Source: Pristiophorus japonicus (Eukaryota). Taken from it: a stretch of DNA of 64,000 nucleotides. Numbering within the stretch: position 1 is the stretch's first letter; each line of letters starts with the position of its first letter. The stretch lies in assembly GCF_044704955.1 (NCBI RefSeq), contig NC_091984.1, positions 145,700,001-145,764,000 of the forward strand, in the 5' to 3' direction. Below, piece by piece: positions 52,650 through 64,000 of the stretch. The notes below the pieces were generated by a model, which did no database searches, had not been told where the DNA came from, and saw nothing but the letters and a program-made list of their open reading frames with translations. Position numbers and translations under genes: made by a program.

Positions 52650-55600
52650 TGTCATATATGCAACCTTCATGTAACTGTAACCTTCATGTAATAACACTGC
52701 ATACTGTATATTCCTAAGAAATGCACACCTTGACCACAGGGGGTAAACTTTTGGGAGACACTGCTCATCTGGTCTTCCAGGTATATAAAGGGAGGTCCCA
52801 TGCAGGGTCATCACTTCTTAAAGGTTCAGGTCACAGACTGACCTTCTCTGCAGAATGTGCCTCGTGTGAATTTATAGTAGGGTGTAAGGACATTACATTT
52901 GGCGACGAGAAACGGGAATCAACGACTCACGAGAATGGCCACCGGTAGCACAGAGGAACGGTACTATGTTGGTGAGGACTGGGACGATTTCGTTGAGAGG
53001 CTCCAGCAGAGCTTTTTCATGAAGGTCTGGCTGAGAGATGCAGCGGCTGACAAGCGAAGGGCGCATCTACTGACCAGCTGTGGACCTTAGACGTACGCGC
53101 TGATGAAAGACTTGCTCGCACCCGAGAAGCCGGTGGACAAAACCTTTGAAGAGCTCAGCAAACTGATCGGTGAGCACCTCAAACCGGCGAGCAGTATACA
53201 CCGACACCAATTCGATACACACTGACGTCGGGAAGGACAGAGCATACCGGACTTCGTTGCGGACCTTCGGCGCTCGGCCAGCCACAGTAAGTTCACAGAC
53301 GCCTGCAGTGGTGACATGTTAAGGGATTTCTTTATTGAGGGCATTGGTCAGGTCGGGATTTTCAGACAGCTAATTGAGACCAAGGACTTGACCTTGGAAG
53401 CGGTGGCGTTCATGGCTCAGACCTTCATGGCGGGGGAGGAGGAAACCAAGACAACTCTGCTTCCAATGAGGCAATGGATCAGGGAGTTAACATTGTAAAC
53501 GCGACTCAGAATCCCGCAGGCAGGCAAGGGCAATTCAACACCACTCAGGCAGCAACAGACTCGAGAGTGGGTCCTCAACAGAGAGAATGGCAGGTTGAAT
53601 GGACATTTACGCCATCACGGTGGACAATGCATCGCGAGATGGGGCCATTGACACCCACTAAAAGAGTGCTCAAGAGTAATCAAAGAGACAATCAGAGAGG
53701 AATGCCTGGTAACAGCCCTTTTGTTCACAACAATCTCAGCTCATGCTGGAGGTGCGGGGGCAGACTTGCTGCAAACACCTGTAGGTTTCAATAATTTATC
53801 TGTAGAAATTGTAACTTCAGTGGACATTTAGCCAGAATATGCAGGAAGCCTGCAGCGAGACTAATTTACGAGGCAGATGAACCAGAAGAGGGGTCTGCAA
53901 GGCAGGTTGATGCTTGGGACAAAGCTCATATACCAAAACGCCACCCATAATGATGAAAGTCCTATTAAACAGCATCCCCGGTACACATGGAGCAGGACAG
54001 AGGGGCCAGCCAGCCACTTAGGAGTGTCCAACAATTCGAGAAGTTATGGCCACTCCGAGCTAGCAGACCCAAACTAGAACGCATTGACACGCAATTACGG
54101 ATGTACACCAAAGAGATCATCCCAGTGCGAGGCAGTGCAATGTTGCTGGTCACACATAATGGATCAGAGAACCAGCTGCCACTCTGGAAAATGGTCCCGT
54201 GCTATTGCGGAGGAGCTGGCTAGCCGAGATGAACTGGAAATGGGGGGATGTGCACACCATTTCATCCGTGGAGTGAAGTTCATGCTCACAGGTCCTACAG
54301 AATTTTGAGTCACGATTTCAACCCGATGTCGGGACTTTCAAGGGTACCAAAGTAGTGATACGCATCACCCCAGACGCCAAACCAGTGCACCACAAAGCCA
54401 GAGCTGTGCCAGATGTGATGCGTTAGAAAATTGAGAGCGAGTTGTACAGGTTGCTAAGAGAGGGCATATTTATGCCCGTTGAATTCAGTGACTGGGCAAG
54501 CCCCATCGTCCCTGTCCTAAAAAAGGATGGCTCAGTCAGGATCTGTGGTGACTATAAGGCCACTATCAAACGAGTGGTTCTACAAGACCAATACCCGCTT
54601 CCGAGAGCGGAGGAACGTTTTGCCATTCTGGCAGGCAGCAAGCTGTTCACCAAGTTGGACCTCACTTCAGCCTACATGACCTAGGAACTTGCCAAACAAT
54701 CCAAGCTACTGACAACCATCACCACGCACAAGGGGCTGTTTGTCTACAATAGGTGTCCATTTGGCATTCAATCAGCAGCCACTATCTTTCAAAGGAACAT
54801 GGAAAGCCTGCTCAAATCCATCCCTGGAACAATCGTATTTCATGACGACATCCTTATCACGAGTCGAGACACCGAGGAACACCTCCACAACCTGGAGGAG
54901 GTGCTACGCCGACTGGACCGAGTAGGCCTGGGACTAAAGAAGTCCAAGTGTGTGTTTTTGGTCCCAGAGGTCGAGTTTTTGGGCAGGATAGTTGCTGCAG
55001 ACTGGATCCGGCCTTCCGAAACCAAAGCGGAGGCAATTCGTCGTGCGCCCAGGCCCGGCAACACATCGGAGTTGCGTGCACTTCTGGGACTCTTGAACTA
55101 TTTCGGGAACTTACTGTCGAACTTCAGCACATTGTTGGAGCTGCTACACATGCTCCTGTGTCAGGGTTCCGATTGGTTTTGGGGGTCTGTCAGGAACGGG
55201 CTTTCAATCGGGCGCGGAACCTGCTTTGTTCAAATAAGCTGTTGACCCTGTACAAACCCTGTAAGAAATTGGTTTTGACATGTGATGCACCATCCTATGG
55301 GGTTGGGTGCGTGTTACAGCAGAATAATGATGAGGGCCAACTCCAAGTTGTGGCTTATGCCTCCAGGTCGCTCTCCCAAGCAGAATGCGGATATGGGATG
55401 GTTGAAAAGGAAGCACTTGCATGTGTCTACGGGGTGAAAAAGATGCACCAGTACCTTTTTGGCAGAAGGTTTGAGTTAGAAGCGGACCACAAGCCGTTAA
55501 CATCCCTGTTGTCAGACAACAAAGCTGTCAATGCCAATGTGTCAGCTCGCATACAGTGATGGGCTCTCACACTGGCTGCGTATGACTACACCATACGGCA

Positions 55601-55723
55601 CCGGCCAGACACCGAAAATTGTGCTGACGCGCTCTGCAGGCTTCCACTGGCCACCACAGAGGGGGCAGCGGAGCAAAGTGCTGAGATAGTCATGGCCATT
55701 GATGCCTTTGACAGCGCAGGCTC
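52650..55723 (+). mobile_element. Inner Gypsy (copy 2), truncated after RNase H
   Basis: 5' LTR 52650-52897, PBS, gag, PR, RT, RH; identity to copy 1 stops at ..GCAGGCTC 55723. Confidence 0.92.
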
Positions 55724-56633
55724 GCTGTTCTTTAACAGTTCAGTCAAATGTTTGGGTAATGGTGGGATATAGTATCCAACACGCGATATGTATCCCTCGA
55801 GGTTCGTAACATATCATTGACTGTAATATAGATATGTTTGTGGTCTGAGATAGGAATTACCCTTTCTTGTGCTAACTGTGCCTCTACCTGGGGTTTGAAA
55901 CAAAAGGAAGAATCTGTCAGCATTTTAGGGAGAGGTTTTAATCTGCTTGCGATCAGTTCGGTCGCATTTACTGCCTTTGATCAAGGTCACACAGGAATCA
56001 AAACCCTGCGTCCAATTCATTCCTGACCTGAAATCCTGTCATTGTCATTTAAAAACAATCCCCACACCTCCCCTGCACTTGTGGCTAGATCCAACCACAC
56101 AGACATAAATCCCTTGTTCCGCCATCCACCACTTTTCCCAACACAATTTCACCCCTTCTCTTGTTCCTGTGCTCCACCTGTTTGAGTTATTACCCAGTTT
56201 CTCCCATTCTGTGGATGCATTAACTTTTCCCCTGACTGTTTTCTGTAACCACCACCACCCTCCCATGGGGGTAATCCCTTTACATTCCAGACAAACTCGT
56301 CTCCCCTCTCTCACCCGTACATTCCTGGTCGTGATGTTTACCCTGGGGCAGGACACTGACACCTCCCCAAGTTTACCCTCGGTTTGTCTGGAGTACTTGG
56401 TCGAATTTGACCCTAACCACCCTGGCCAGCTCCCAGTGTGAGCAGAGGTGTTTGTGCCCTTGTTGCTCCGTATGGCTCCCCCTTGAGTTACAGTGGGGCC
56501 AGTTCCTCCCATACACCCGTGTGTAAGGAATGTCTCGGTGTCTCCCCGATCTCCCAATCCTTTAATAATAATGGCCATCCACAGGCCTATCCACAACGTC
56601 CACCTCCTCTCGTACCCTTGGCTCGATTCGCTC
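55724..56633 (-). pseudogene. Env-position ORF, N-terminal part with signal-like segment and Ig-like motif; truncated
   Basis: Acceptor TATTTCTTTCATTTTTGTCTTTATAG (AG 56635-56634); RRWTLWIGLWMAIIIKGLG; N-glycosylation sequons NTS, NST, NIT, NAS, NNS; ORF 56045-56596. Confidence 0.6.
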
Positions 56634-56899
56634 CTATAAAGACAAAAATGAAAGAAATACCTTTGCTCTGTGGGGCCTCCCCCTCACAGGTCCTCCTTCA
56701 GTTATTCACAGATGTACATAATTCCTTTTTACAATCACTGCTTCCCTCTCCTTTTATCCCGATGCTTGGGCTTACAGAGGCTCGGGGGTGGAGATGGAGG
56801 AGGTGTCCAGGGCACCCTAGGTCACAGTACCTGACCACTCCACCTTACTGCTCCGTCCCTTACTTCTCCATCCTCATCATCTCACAGTATTGGTGGGAG

Positions 56900-59800
56900 G
56901 CTTACACTGATCAAACTCATTATTGTTCCTGGGGCCTTCGCCCGCTTTTTACTTTTCTCTCCAGGGTTGTACAGCTTACACTGGTTTATATGGAACCATT
57001 TTATATGTTTTGGCAGCTGGATCGCGTACACCATAGGGCTTGCCTTGTCTACAATGCTATATGGTCCTTTGTACAATGGTTCAAATGCCCCTATTCTGGT
57101 ATAATTCCTGACCATTACCTGATCCCCTACCCTCCATTCCTGTGTAACTCGGGGTTCCAGCAGCAGTTTATTCTGCTGGTGCTGCCTGCCCATATTGTGA
57201 GCTGCTTCCCAATGCAGCCCCTTCAGAGTACCATACAGATCTGACAAACCTGTCCCATGTGATCTCTTTAACCTGCGTTTCAGTCAGGACTGGTGCTAGG
57301 ATATGGGTCGGGGTCATCATTAGTCTCCCTGTCATCATGGCATGTGGGGAGTGTCCCGTTCTCTTAGAGAGACTGGCTCGGTGGCTCATCAGTATTCGGG
57401 GTAGGGTCTCACCCCATTTCTTCGGGGTATCTCCTATCTCCTTCCTAAGCCTCTCTTTTAAGGTCCGGTTTGTCCTCTACTGGATCTAACGATTGGGGAT
57501 TATACGTCACATGCCATTTCCCCTGTATCCCTAACAGCTTTAGGGTGGCCTGCATTACTGCTCCGGTGAAATGACTCCCTTGATCTGATTCCACTATCAG
57601 GGGCAGTCCCCATTGAGAAAATACTTCTCGCACCAGAACCTTTGCTGTGACTATCGCGGTGGCCGCCCGACATGGAAAAGCTTCAACCCATTTTGTAAAG
57701 AGATGTATTAACACCAAGCAATATTTATTGCCTCTGCCTGAGGTGGACAGTGGCCCAATTAAATCTATCTGTATAGACTGCCATGGCCCCTCTACCCTCC
57801 TCGTGTGTCCCAACGGAACCTTCCTCGGTGAGGGTGTGGATTGTTTGTGGCACATACCAGACAATTCTGGCAATAATCCCTGACATCACTTCTAAGCCCG
57901 GGCCACCATCCCATGACTTCTAATTTATTCCACATTGTTTCTGGCCCTGGATGTCCAGCTCCTGGACCCACATGCACCAGCTGCAAGAATTCTTCCCTGC
58001 ACTGCCCTGGCACGATCCAACTATCTCCCTTGAACAACATTCCTTGCTTTACTGCTATGTCTGCAGCTCCCAAAGGTCCCAATGCAGACTTCCCGTCTAT
58101 TTTGTCCCTAATCGCTGCTCTAAGGTCAGCATCCCGTAGCTGAGCCTGTTTTAAATCAGGCGGCAATGGTACTTCTTTGGGCCCCTCTCTGCCTGTTACA
58201 GCCATGATCTGTCCACAGTGACATGGGTCCCAAGGTGTCCCTTCTCCTGCCCCTGATTTAGCCAGTGTGTCTGCTTTCTCATTGCCTTCCCACTTGGGCT
58301 ATATCTTAGATTGTGCTTTGACCTTTTGGATGTAGTAACCCTTCTGGTCCGTACCCGTGACATCCAAAATGACTTTTAACAATGGAACCATCACCAACCA
58401 TTTTCCATCTGAGGACTTAAACCCTCGCTTCGCCAATATGGCTAAATACTCTGTACAGGAGTTAGAAATGAACATGGAGTCTGAACATATCGTACAGGGA
58501 GTTGGGAATTCGTTCGGGTGTGTGACTACATACGCTACTGCTGCTAGCTCGGCCTGCTGCGTACTTAAAGTGTTGGGGATTTTATGGCTTTCTCTATCCC
58601 TGTCTAAGGATCGTAAATCCCTCAGCCTGTCTTTCTCTCTCTGTTTATTACTGAACTAGACCCATCTACATAGACGTCCCTGCCTGTCAGGTGTTCCCCT
58701 GCTCAGAATCCCACATCTACATCCCACTCTCCTTCCACTGAACACACATGAGCTGCCCCCAGATAAACCAGGCTCGGGGCGAGCTTTGGTTCTCCTGACC
58801 TCTCGACCTTCAGGTCTAACTGAGTCAGCAACAATGTCCAGCGGGCAATCCTGTTACTGCTCACTGTCCCATCTTTCATTCTACCATCCAGTAACATTTG
58901 TGTCGTGGTGTGACAGGTCAGTAAAGTTACTGTAGCTAACCCTGTGAGCGACCGAAAATGCTTCACTGCCCAACATATTACTAACAGATGTCGTTCGCAA
59001 TTCGAAAAGCTCTTTTCTACTTCTTTAAGAACTCGGGAGACGTAGGCCACCGGTCTCAGCTTGCTGTGTCGCTCCTGGAGTAACACTGCACTCAAACTGT
59101 CCCCAGTCATTGCTACCTCCAGACTAAAGTCCTGGTCCCCATTTACTGCTCCCGACGCTGGTGCTGTCTGTAACACCTCTTTTAACCGCATGAAAGTTTC
59201 CTGACAACTCTCACTCCATTCCCACTCTACTCCTTTCCTAAGAAGTCTCAACAAAGGAGCTGCCATAGTTGTATATCCCTCTATGAATTCCCTGCAGTAA
59301 CCCGTTATTCCCAGGAAAGACCTTACTCCAGACACGTCCTTAGGAACAGGTAGTTCCTGGACTGTCTTTCTCTTAGCTCCATCTATGGCCCTTTCTCCTG
59401 CCCCAATGGTCAAACCTAGAAACTGCACCTCCTCTTTGCCTATTTGAGCTTTCTGGAGATTTACTTTAAAACCTGCTTCTTTCAACAAATGCAGTAACTC
59501 ACTGAATAATGGCCCGTGGTCCTCCGCACTTTCGGAGAATAACAACAGGTCATCCACGTGTTGGACCAACCGATCTGGCTGACTAAAACCGTTTAATGCC
59601 TCGGTCATACTCTGGTGAAAGATCGAGGGACTGTTGTGAAACCCTTGTGGAAGACATGTCCACATATACTGCTGACCTTTAAAGGTAAAGGTAGATTTAT
59701 ACTGGTCCTCCCGTCTCAGGGGAATGGACCAAAACCCGTTTGAAATGTCCAGCACTGTGAAAGTTGTTGTGGCCGCAGGGATACTCCCGATCAAATCCGC

Positions 59801-60627
59801 TACCACTGCTACCGTGGGCGCACAGGCTGGAATATTTTTATTCAGGATTCGGTCATCTACCGTGGCCCTCCATGAGTTATCGGGCTTCTTTACTGGTCAT
59901 AGGGGTGAATTTACATGTGTGGCTATGGTCCTCAGCACACCTTGATCCACCAGGGAATTTATAGCAGTTTCCAAATCCCTTTCTGCTTCCTGGGGAAAAT
60001 TATACTGTTTCTGGGGTCATGTCATCCAATCCCCATCTATCTTCACCTCTACCCTAGATACTATCCTGCAATCGGGCTTGTGCATTGCAAACGCATCCAT
60101 ATTCTCCCGTACATACCTTGATGCCGGGCCGGAATGTTATCGACTAATCGTTCTCAGTCATAACTCTCTTTCGGCTTCATCGTGCAGGTGCTGCCTTTGT
60201 CTGCACTGTCCCTGGGAATCACTACGATCTCTCCCATCTTATCTGCATCAACTGCCCCCCATAGACAATTGTTTTCCATATCCACTGTGGTGTGGTGTGC
60301 CAACATGTAGTCGGCCCCGAGAACTCCCGAACCGGGCTGTTCCCACTTCATTAAAATGCCCTCCCATTTCATTATGTTCGGTCCTAACTCTACGGTTCAG
60401 GGTTTCCACACTGCCACAGCCTGCTCATTACCCGTAAAACCCACCAGTGTAAATGGTACTCTGCTCGACCACGGGGAAGTGGTCGGATTCTGTGAGTGGA
60501 CAACCGTGCTAAAGGCTCCTGTATCTACTAGATCCCTTCCCCTAACTGTTTCCACCTTCACATCCACACATGGCCTGCCCCACCCATCATATATGAGCAG
60601 ACACAGGTATTCTGGCTGGGCACACCG
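56900..60627 (-). pseudogene. pol: pro-pol (protease, RT, RNase H tether, RNase H, integrase)
   Basis: LVDTGA (60517-60525); LDISNGFW, LPQGFHNSP, HVDDLL; tether FSLEVA..PVAYVSRVL..RIARW; RH YVDGSS..QQAELAA..SDS..GNEKADTLAK (~58250-58680); IN HHCC, QIDLIGPL, SDQGSHFT, GPY. Confidence 0.9.
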
Positions 60628-62229
60628 TCACAGTGGGGGTGCCGACACATTGGGTCCCTTTTCTCCCACTGCTGCGTCCAGCTTTCCTCCACCCGTGCCC
60701 ATAACCTGCTGTAATGCGGCCACTAAAACCTGCACTGGGTCGTCGGCTACCTTCTTCTGGCCTTTTCCTGCCTCAGCACCTCGTACCCTGGCTTCCCTCC
60801 TTTAGAGAGCCTACAATCCTTGCTCCAGTGTCCCAACTTCCCACAGTTAAAACATTCACCTTTCGATCGACCCGCATTACCTCCCTCTTGTCTCCTTTCT
60901 TTCTATGGCCTAACCTCTCCTTTTACTTTGTGTACCTTCCCGTTTAGTTTCTCCTCCTCCCCTTGCCTGGACTTAAAGCGAGAGTTAATCTTCTCAGGAC
61001 CCCTGCCTCTGTATTCTGGAGATGGTCTGGGTCAAACCATGCTTCAACCTTTGCTCTGAGCCGTGGCAAACTGTTACCATTACGGTTCTCAGCCAATGGT
61101 CCCTGGGTTCCCCTATTAAATCTGCCCGCACCAGATTTCCTCCAGCAGCCCTAAAATAAATCGCCCACAGTCTGTCTGCAAACGTATCGGGCGATTCGTT
61201 TACTTGCTGCCTAGTCTGTTCTACCTGCCAGAACGGACTACCCTGACTGTACCCGAGCACTGCCATCATTTGCTCCTTTAAGCCCTGTGGGGTTCCTGCA
61301 CCTAACTTGGTGGCTGTCGACAAGCTCTGATAAAGCTTCCCCTCCAGCGAGAGCAGTGTTAGCTTCACTTTCTCCTCCTCGCTGCAGTTATTGATACCCC
61401 CTATCTGCTCTATATTAGTAAAATGAACGGAGGCATCTCCTCCTTGCTTTAACTGTACCACACCCGTCAGCATCTCCTGCAGCTGAAGCGGTGTGTATGG
61501 GATCACTAGTCGCTCTGTAATGGTGCCGGACCACCATTTGGTGGGGGTGGGCCGAATTTCTGCTGCCTCAAAGGACACATAGGTTTCGGGGGTCCCGGTG
61601 CCTCGGGAGCCGGCCGATGCTCGCTATACTCGGGCCCATCGTCTGACTCTTTCCCCTCTGGATCCCAATCTTCCTCACCTGTTCCGGGTGCCCTGAGACA
61701 AACCATCCCTTTGGTCCTGTCTAACTCTGCCGTTAATTGGTGCATCTTTTCCTTACAAGGTCCGTGATCTGCTCTCACATAACCCTGTTTCTGAGCTACC
61801 TGATAGGCTATCGACTCTCCTGAGCTGGTCCTCTGCCTCTTTGGCTCTTTCTAAATGCCTTTCACTTTGTTCAATGTGGGTCTGCTGCTGCTTTTTGCAC
61901 TCGGTCACCTGGCATTGTAAATACTCAAAGTGATTCCGTGCCATTTCTTCATTCCTACCCTGGTTCTGCCTTTCCTTCTCCAAACTGCCTACCTCGCCCT
62001 TTAACCCTTTATTCTCCTCCTCCAGCTTTCCTACCCTTTCTCTTAACAGTTGTGTCTGCTTCTGCAGGCACATGAGCCAAACCGCCTTCTCTTTTGACCC
62101 TTTGTGGTTACTACTGACTGTCCACTCTGCCGCTTTTTCCTGCGGATCCCCAGAGTGCAGCATTTCCCGTGCCCATGGCTCTGAAATGTCCAATTTGTTG
62201 CCTATATATCCAGCTACCTTAGCCTCCAT
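60628..62229 (-). pseudogene. gag: gag (N-terminal coiled coil, capsid-like region, CCHC knuckle), frameshifted
   Basis: ATG at 62229; ORFs 61753-62229, 61506-61778, 60994-61578 (Q..NESPDTFADRL, MHR-like); CFNCGKLGHWSKDC at ~60813-60855; ends VSAPPL*. Confidence 0.8.
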
Positions 62230-62324
62230 GGACTACCTACGACTGCTCTAGCCACGGGCTCTACCGCGTTTTGCTGCGGTGAGTCCATTTCCAGTGCCTC
62301 TGGCTGAGAAATTCTCCCTGACTA

Positions 62325-62965
62325 CCTTGGTGTCCCCTGAGACCACCTCGCAGTGACCTGCGGTTCCTGTTACTCTGGCTTCTCTCTGTGGCTACCCTAG
62401 TCGACCCGAGACTACTCCGGCCTGTCAGAGACTTTCTCTCCTGGTCCTCTAGTCGCCCTTGAGATCACCCTTGGCCTCCCTGAGACTATCAGCGACTACT
62501 ATTGGCTTTTCTCTGTGACCACCCCAGTCAACCGAGATTACTCCAGACTATCCGAGACTGTTTCTCTCCTCAGGCTGCCCTGGCCGCCTGTGAGATTATC
62601 CCTGGCCTCCCTGACACCCCTGCGCAGACTACCTGCGATTACTTCTCCCAGTGGCTGCCCTAGTCAGCTGGAGCTCTTCGGCTACCCTGGTCCCCCTTGA
62701 GATTCCCTTGGTCTCCCTGAGACCCCTTCGCAGACTACCTGCGGCTTTCTCGGTGGCTACTTTAGTCAACCCGGGATTACTCCAGCCTAGCCAAGACTGT
62801 TCCTTCCTCTGCTGGCTGCCCTAGCTGTCCTTGAGAGTACAATGGTCTCCCTCAGACCACTGAGCAACTACCTGAGACTTCTTTTCTCAGTGGCTACCCT
62901 AATCGACGGAGACGACTCAAGCCTATCAGACCCTGTTACTCTTCTGGTCACCCTAGCTGCCCTTG
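62325..62965. repeat. Degenerate tandem repeats (~105-145 bp, ~5 units) in the proviral leader
   Basis: Recurring TCCCTGAGAC, GACTACCTGCG and GGCTACCCTAGTC blocks. Confidence 0.75.
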
Positions 62966-63067
62966 AGAAGATCCTTTTCGACTACCTTATCCGACCTTAG
63001 ACATATCCAAGCCTCCCTTAGGGTTTTTGCCCTGGTATGTGTCCGTGATACTATTCCCAAAGCCGAG

Positions 63068-63085
63068 GTCCTGCCGCGGTCACCA
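63068..63085 (-). promoter_or_regulatory. Primer-binding site, tRNA-Arg(TCG)-like
   Basis: TGGTGACCGCGGCAGGAC; its complement GTCCTGCCGCGGTCACCA matches 17/18 to the recalled vertebrate tRNA-Arg(TCG) 3' end GTCCTGCCGCGGTCGCCA. Confidence 0.8.
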
Positions 63086-63090
63086 ATTTC

Positions 63091-63747
63091 TGTAGGTAGT
63101 TTGTTTTTCACTCTACTCTGATTCTTAGACCTGGGAACTTGTAGTGGGAAAGGACAACATGTGGCACAATATTTAGGCTTCACCCAGTGTCAGTTTTTTG
63201 TGCACAAAACCGTCAAAAACTACAGGACTAGACTTCTGAGAGAAATCAACTGAAACCATACAATTGCCCTTCCTGGCTGTAGCTATTGTAGGTTTGTGGT
63301 CATTGGTTCCGTGACCGGTTGGTTCTTCTTCTGGCCATTCTCTGCAGTGCTGTTCCTTCTGTGTACGTTCCGTACAACATGTCTTTCCGTCCGTTTGTTT
63401 GTTTGTTCTTTCGACCTGTGTCCATCTGTACATGTGTCCTTCTACTTCTCCTGTGTGCTTCTTCTTCCGTCTGTTCCTGTCCTTGTTCCATCTCCTGCTG
63501 AGCTGCTTCTAGCTCACATATTTATATCCAGGTTATGACAGATCTCCCACCACTGCGCTTTCTGATAAAGTGTTTGCATCAATACATTGTTTTGTGGTCC
63601 CCTTGGTTGATTGATTACAATAATGAACTCGTCTGTTTTCCCATTTGCACACTGAGTCTGCAAGGCTCAAGTTGATTTCTCATCTTAACACCTCATCCTA
63701 AAAAATGTGCAACTGTTGTGGTTCCTTTGTTGTCAGGTCCTTTTACA
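63091..63747 (-). repeat. Putative 5' LTR (~657 bp)
   Basis: Minus strand TGTAAA...CCTACA termini; ends 5 nt before the PBS; TATAAA at 63526-63521. The far boundary is inferred because there is no second LTR. Confidence 0.65.
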
Positions 63748-63752
63748 GACCT

Positions 63753-64000
63753 GGGGCTAGAACCTCCTCTTTTATTGCCTGTTTAATGCCCACTTAACAC
63801 CCATTTTACCACTGAAATGACATATAACGCCCAGATATCACCCATTTTGGCACAAAATGGAAACTGACGGGCTTTTTTAGGAGACTTGTTGCCGAGCGTT
63901 ACTTTCCCAATGGGCTTAACGCAGAGAATAAATATTATCGCCCACCTACTTTTTTGGGGCGGAATCAGCAGAATGGGCAAATTCAGCGCCCATATTATCA
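63753..64000. mobile_element. Terminus of a Harbinger-like DNA element
   Basis: Starts GGGGCTAGAA (inverse of TCTAGCCC at 7832); contains TATCGCCCA-type motifs, the reverse complement of the 7430-7810 unit. Confidence 0.6.

Larger units (their letters stand above)
38176..55723 (+). repeat. Tandem segmental duplication, copy 2 (truncated at 55723)
   Basis: Repeats the same order: CR1 38176-39180, Harbinger 39772-42183, CR1 42960-45801, SINE 45909-46541, CR1s 46972-50716, Gypsy elements. Confidence 0.93.
55724..63747 (-). mobile_element. Endogenous retrovirus-like provirus (lokiretrovirus-like), 3'-truncated and decayed
   Basis: 5' LTR - PBS - leader - gag - PR - RT - tether - RNase H - IN - splice acceptor - env-position ORF, in order on the minus strand; no 3' LTR. 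Confidence 0.85.

Noticed and set aside
56040-56110. Ig-like ORF as a V gene segment with an RSS (CACAAGTG after YVC)
   Set aside because: No proper heptamer or nonamer at 12/23 spacing, no V framework motifs, and it is embedded in proviral gene order
56438-57244. 268-aa plus-strand ORF as an antisense viral gene
   Set aside because: Non-ATG start and no recognisable motif; likely a shadow of the integrase/env region
7832-63753. One giant Harbinger bounded by the two GGGCTAGA termini
   Set aside because: The termini face away from each other, so they belong to separate elements

Overview
Vertebrate genomic DNA, almost certainly from a cartilaginous fish (shark), judged by the Ig constant exon, Deu-type SINEs and dense CR1 LINEs. 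The only host gene piece is an intact Ig light-chain constant exon (4198-4526, +, kappa/type III-like); no V, J or RSS was found. The rest is nested mobile DNA: many CR1 fragments, an RTE, SINEs, Harbinger remnants, a hAT-like MITE, a solo LTR and a Gypsy inserted inside another Gypsy. A ~21 kb head-to-tail duplication (17224-38175 / 38176-55723) carries a C-rich minisatellite and a strong CTCF motif in each copy. The most notable element is a decayed, 3'-truncated retrovirus-like provirus on the minus strand (55724-63747). It has an LTR, a tRNA-Arg PBS, a repeated leader, coiled-coil Gag with a CCHC knuckle, an in-frame TGA-CGG before protease, and Pol with RT, a degenerate RNase H tether, a second retroviral RNase H and integrase (lokiretrovirus-like). 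Its env-position ORF follows a strong splice acceptor and appears to encode an Ig-fold domain. Family names come from motif recognition only, with no database search, and most repeat boundaries are approximate.
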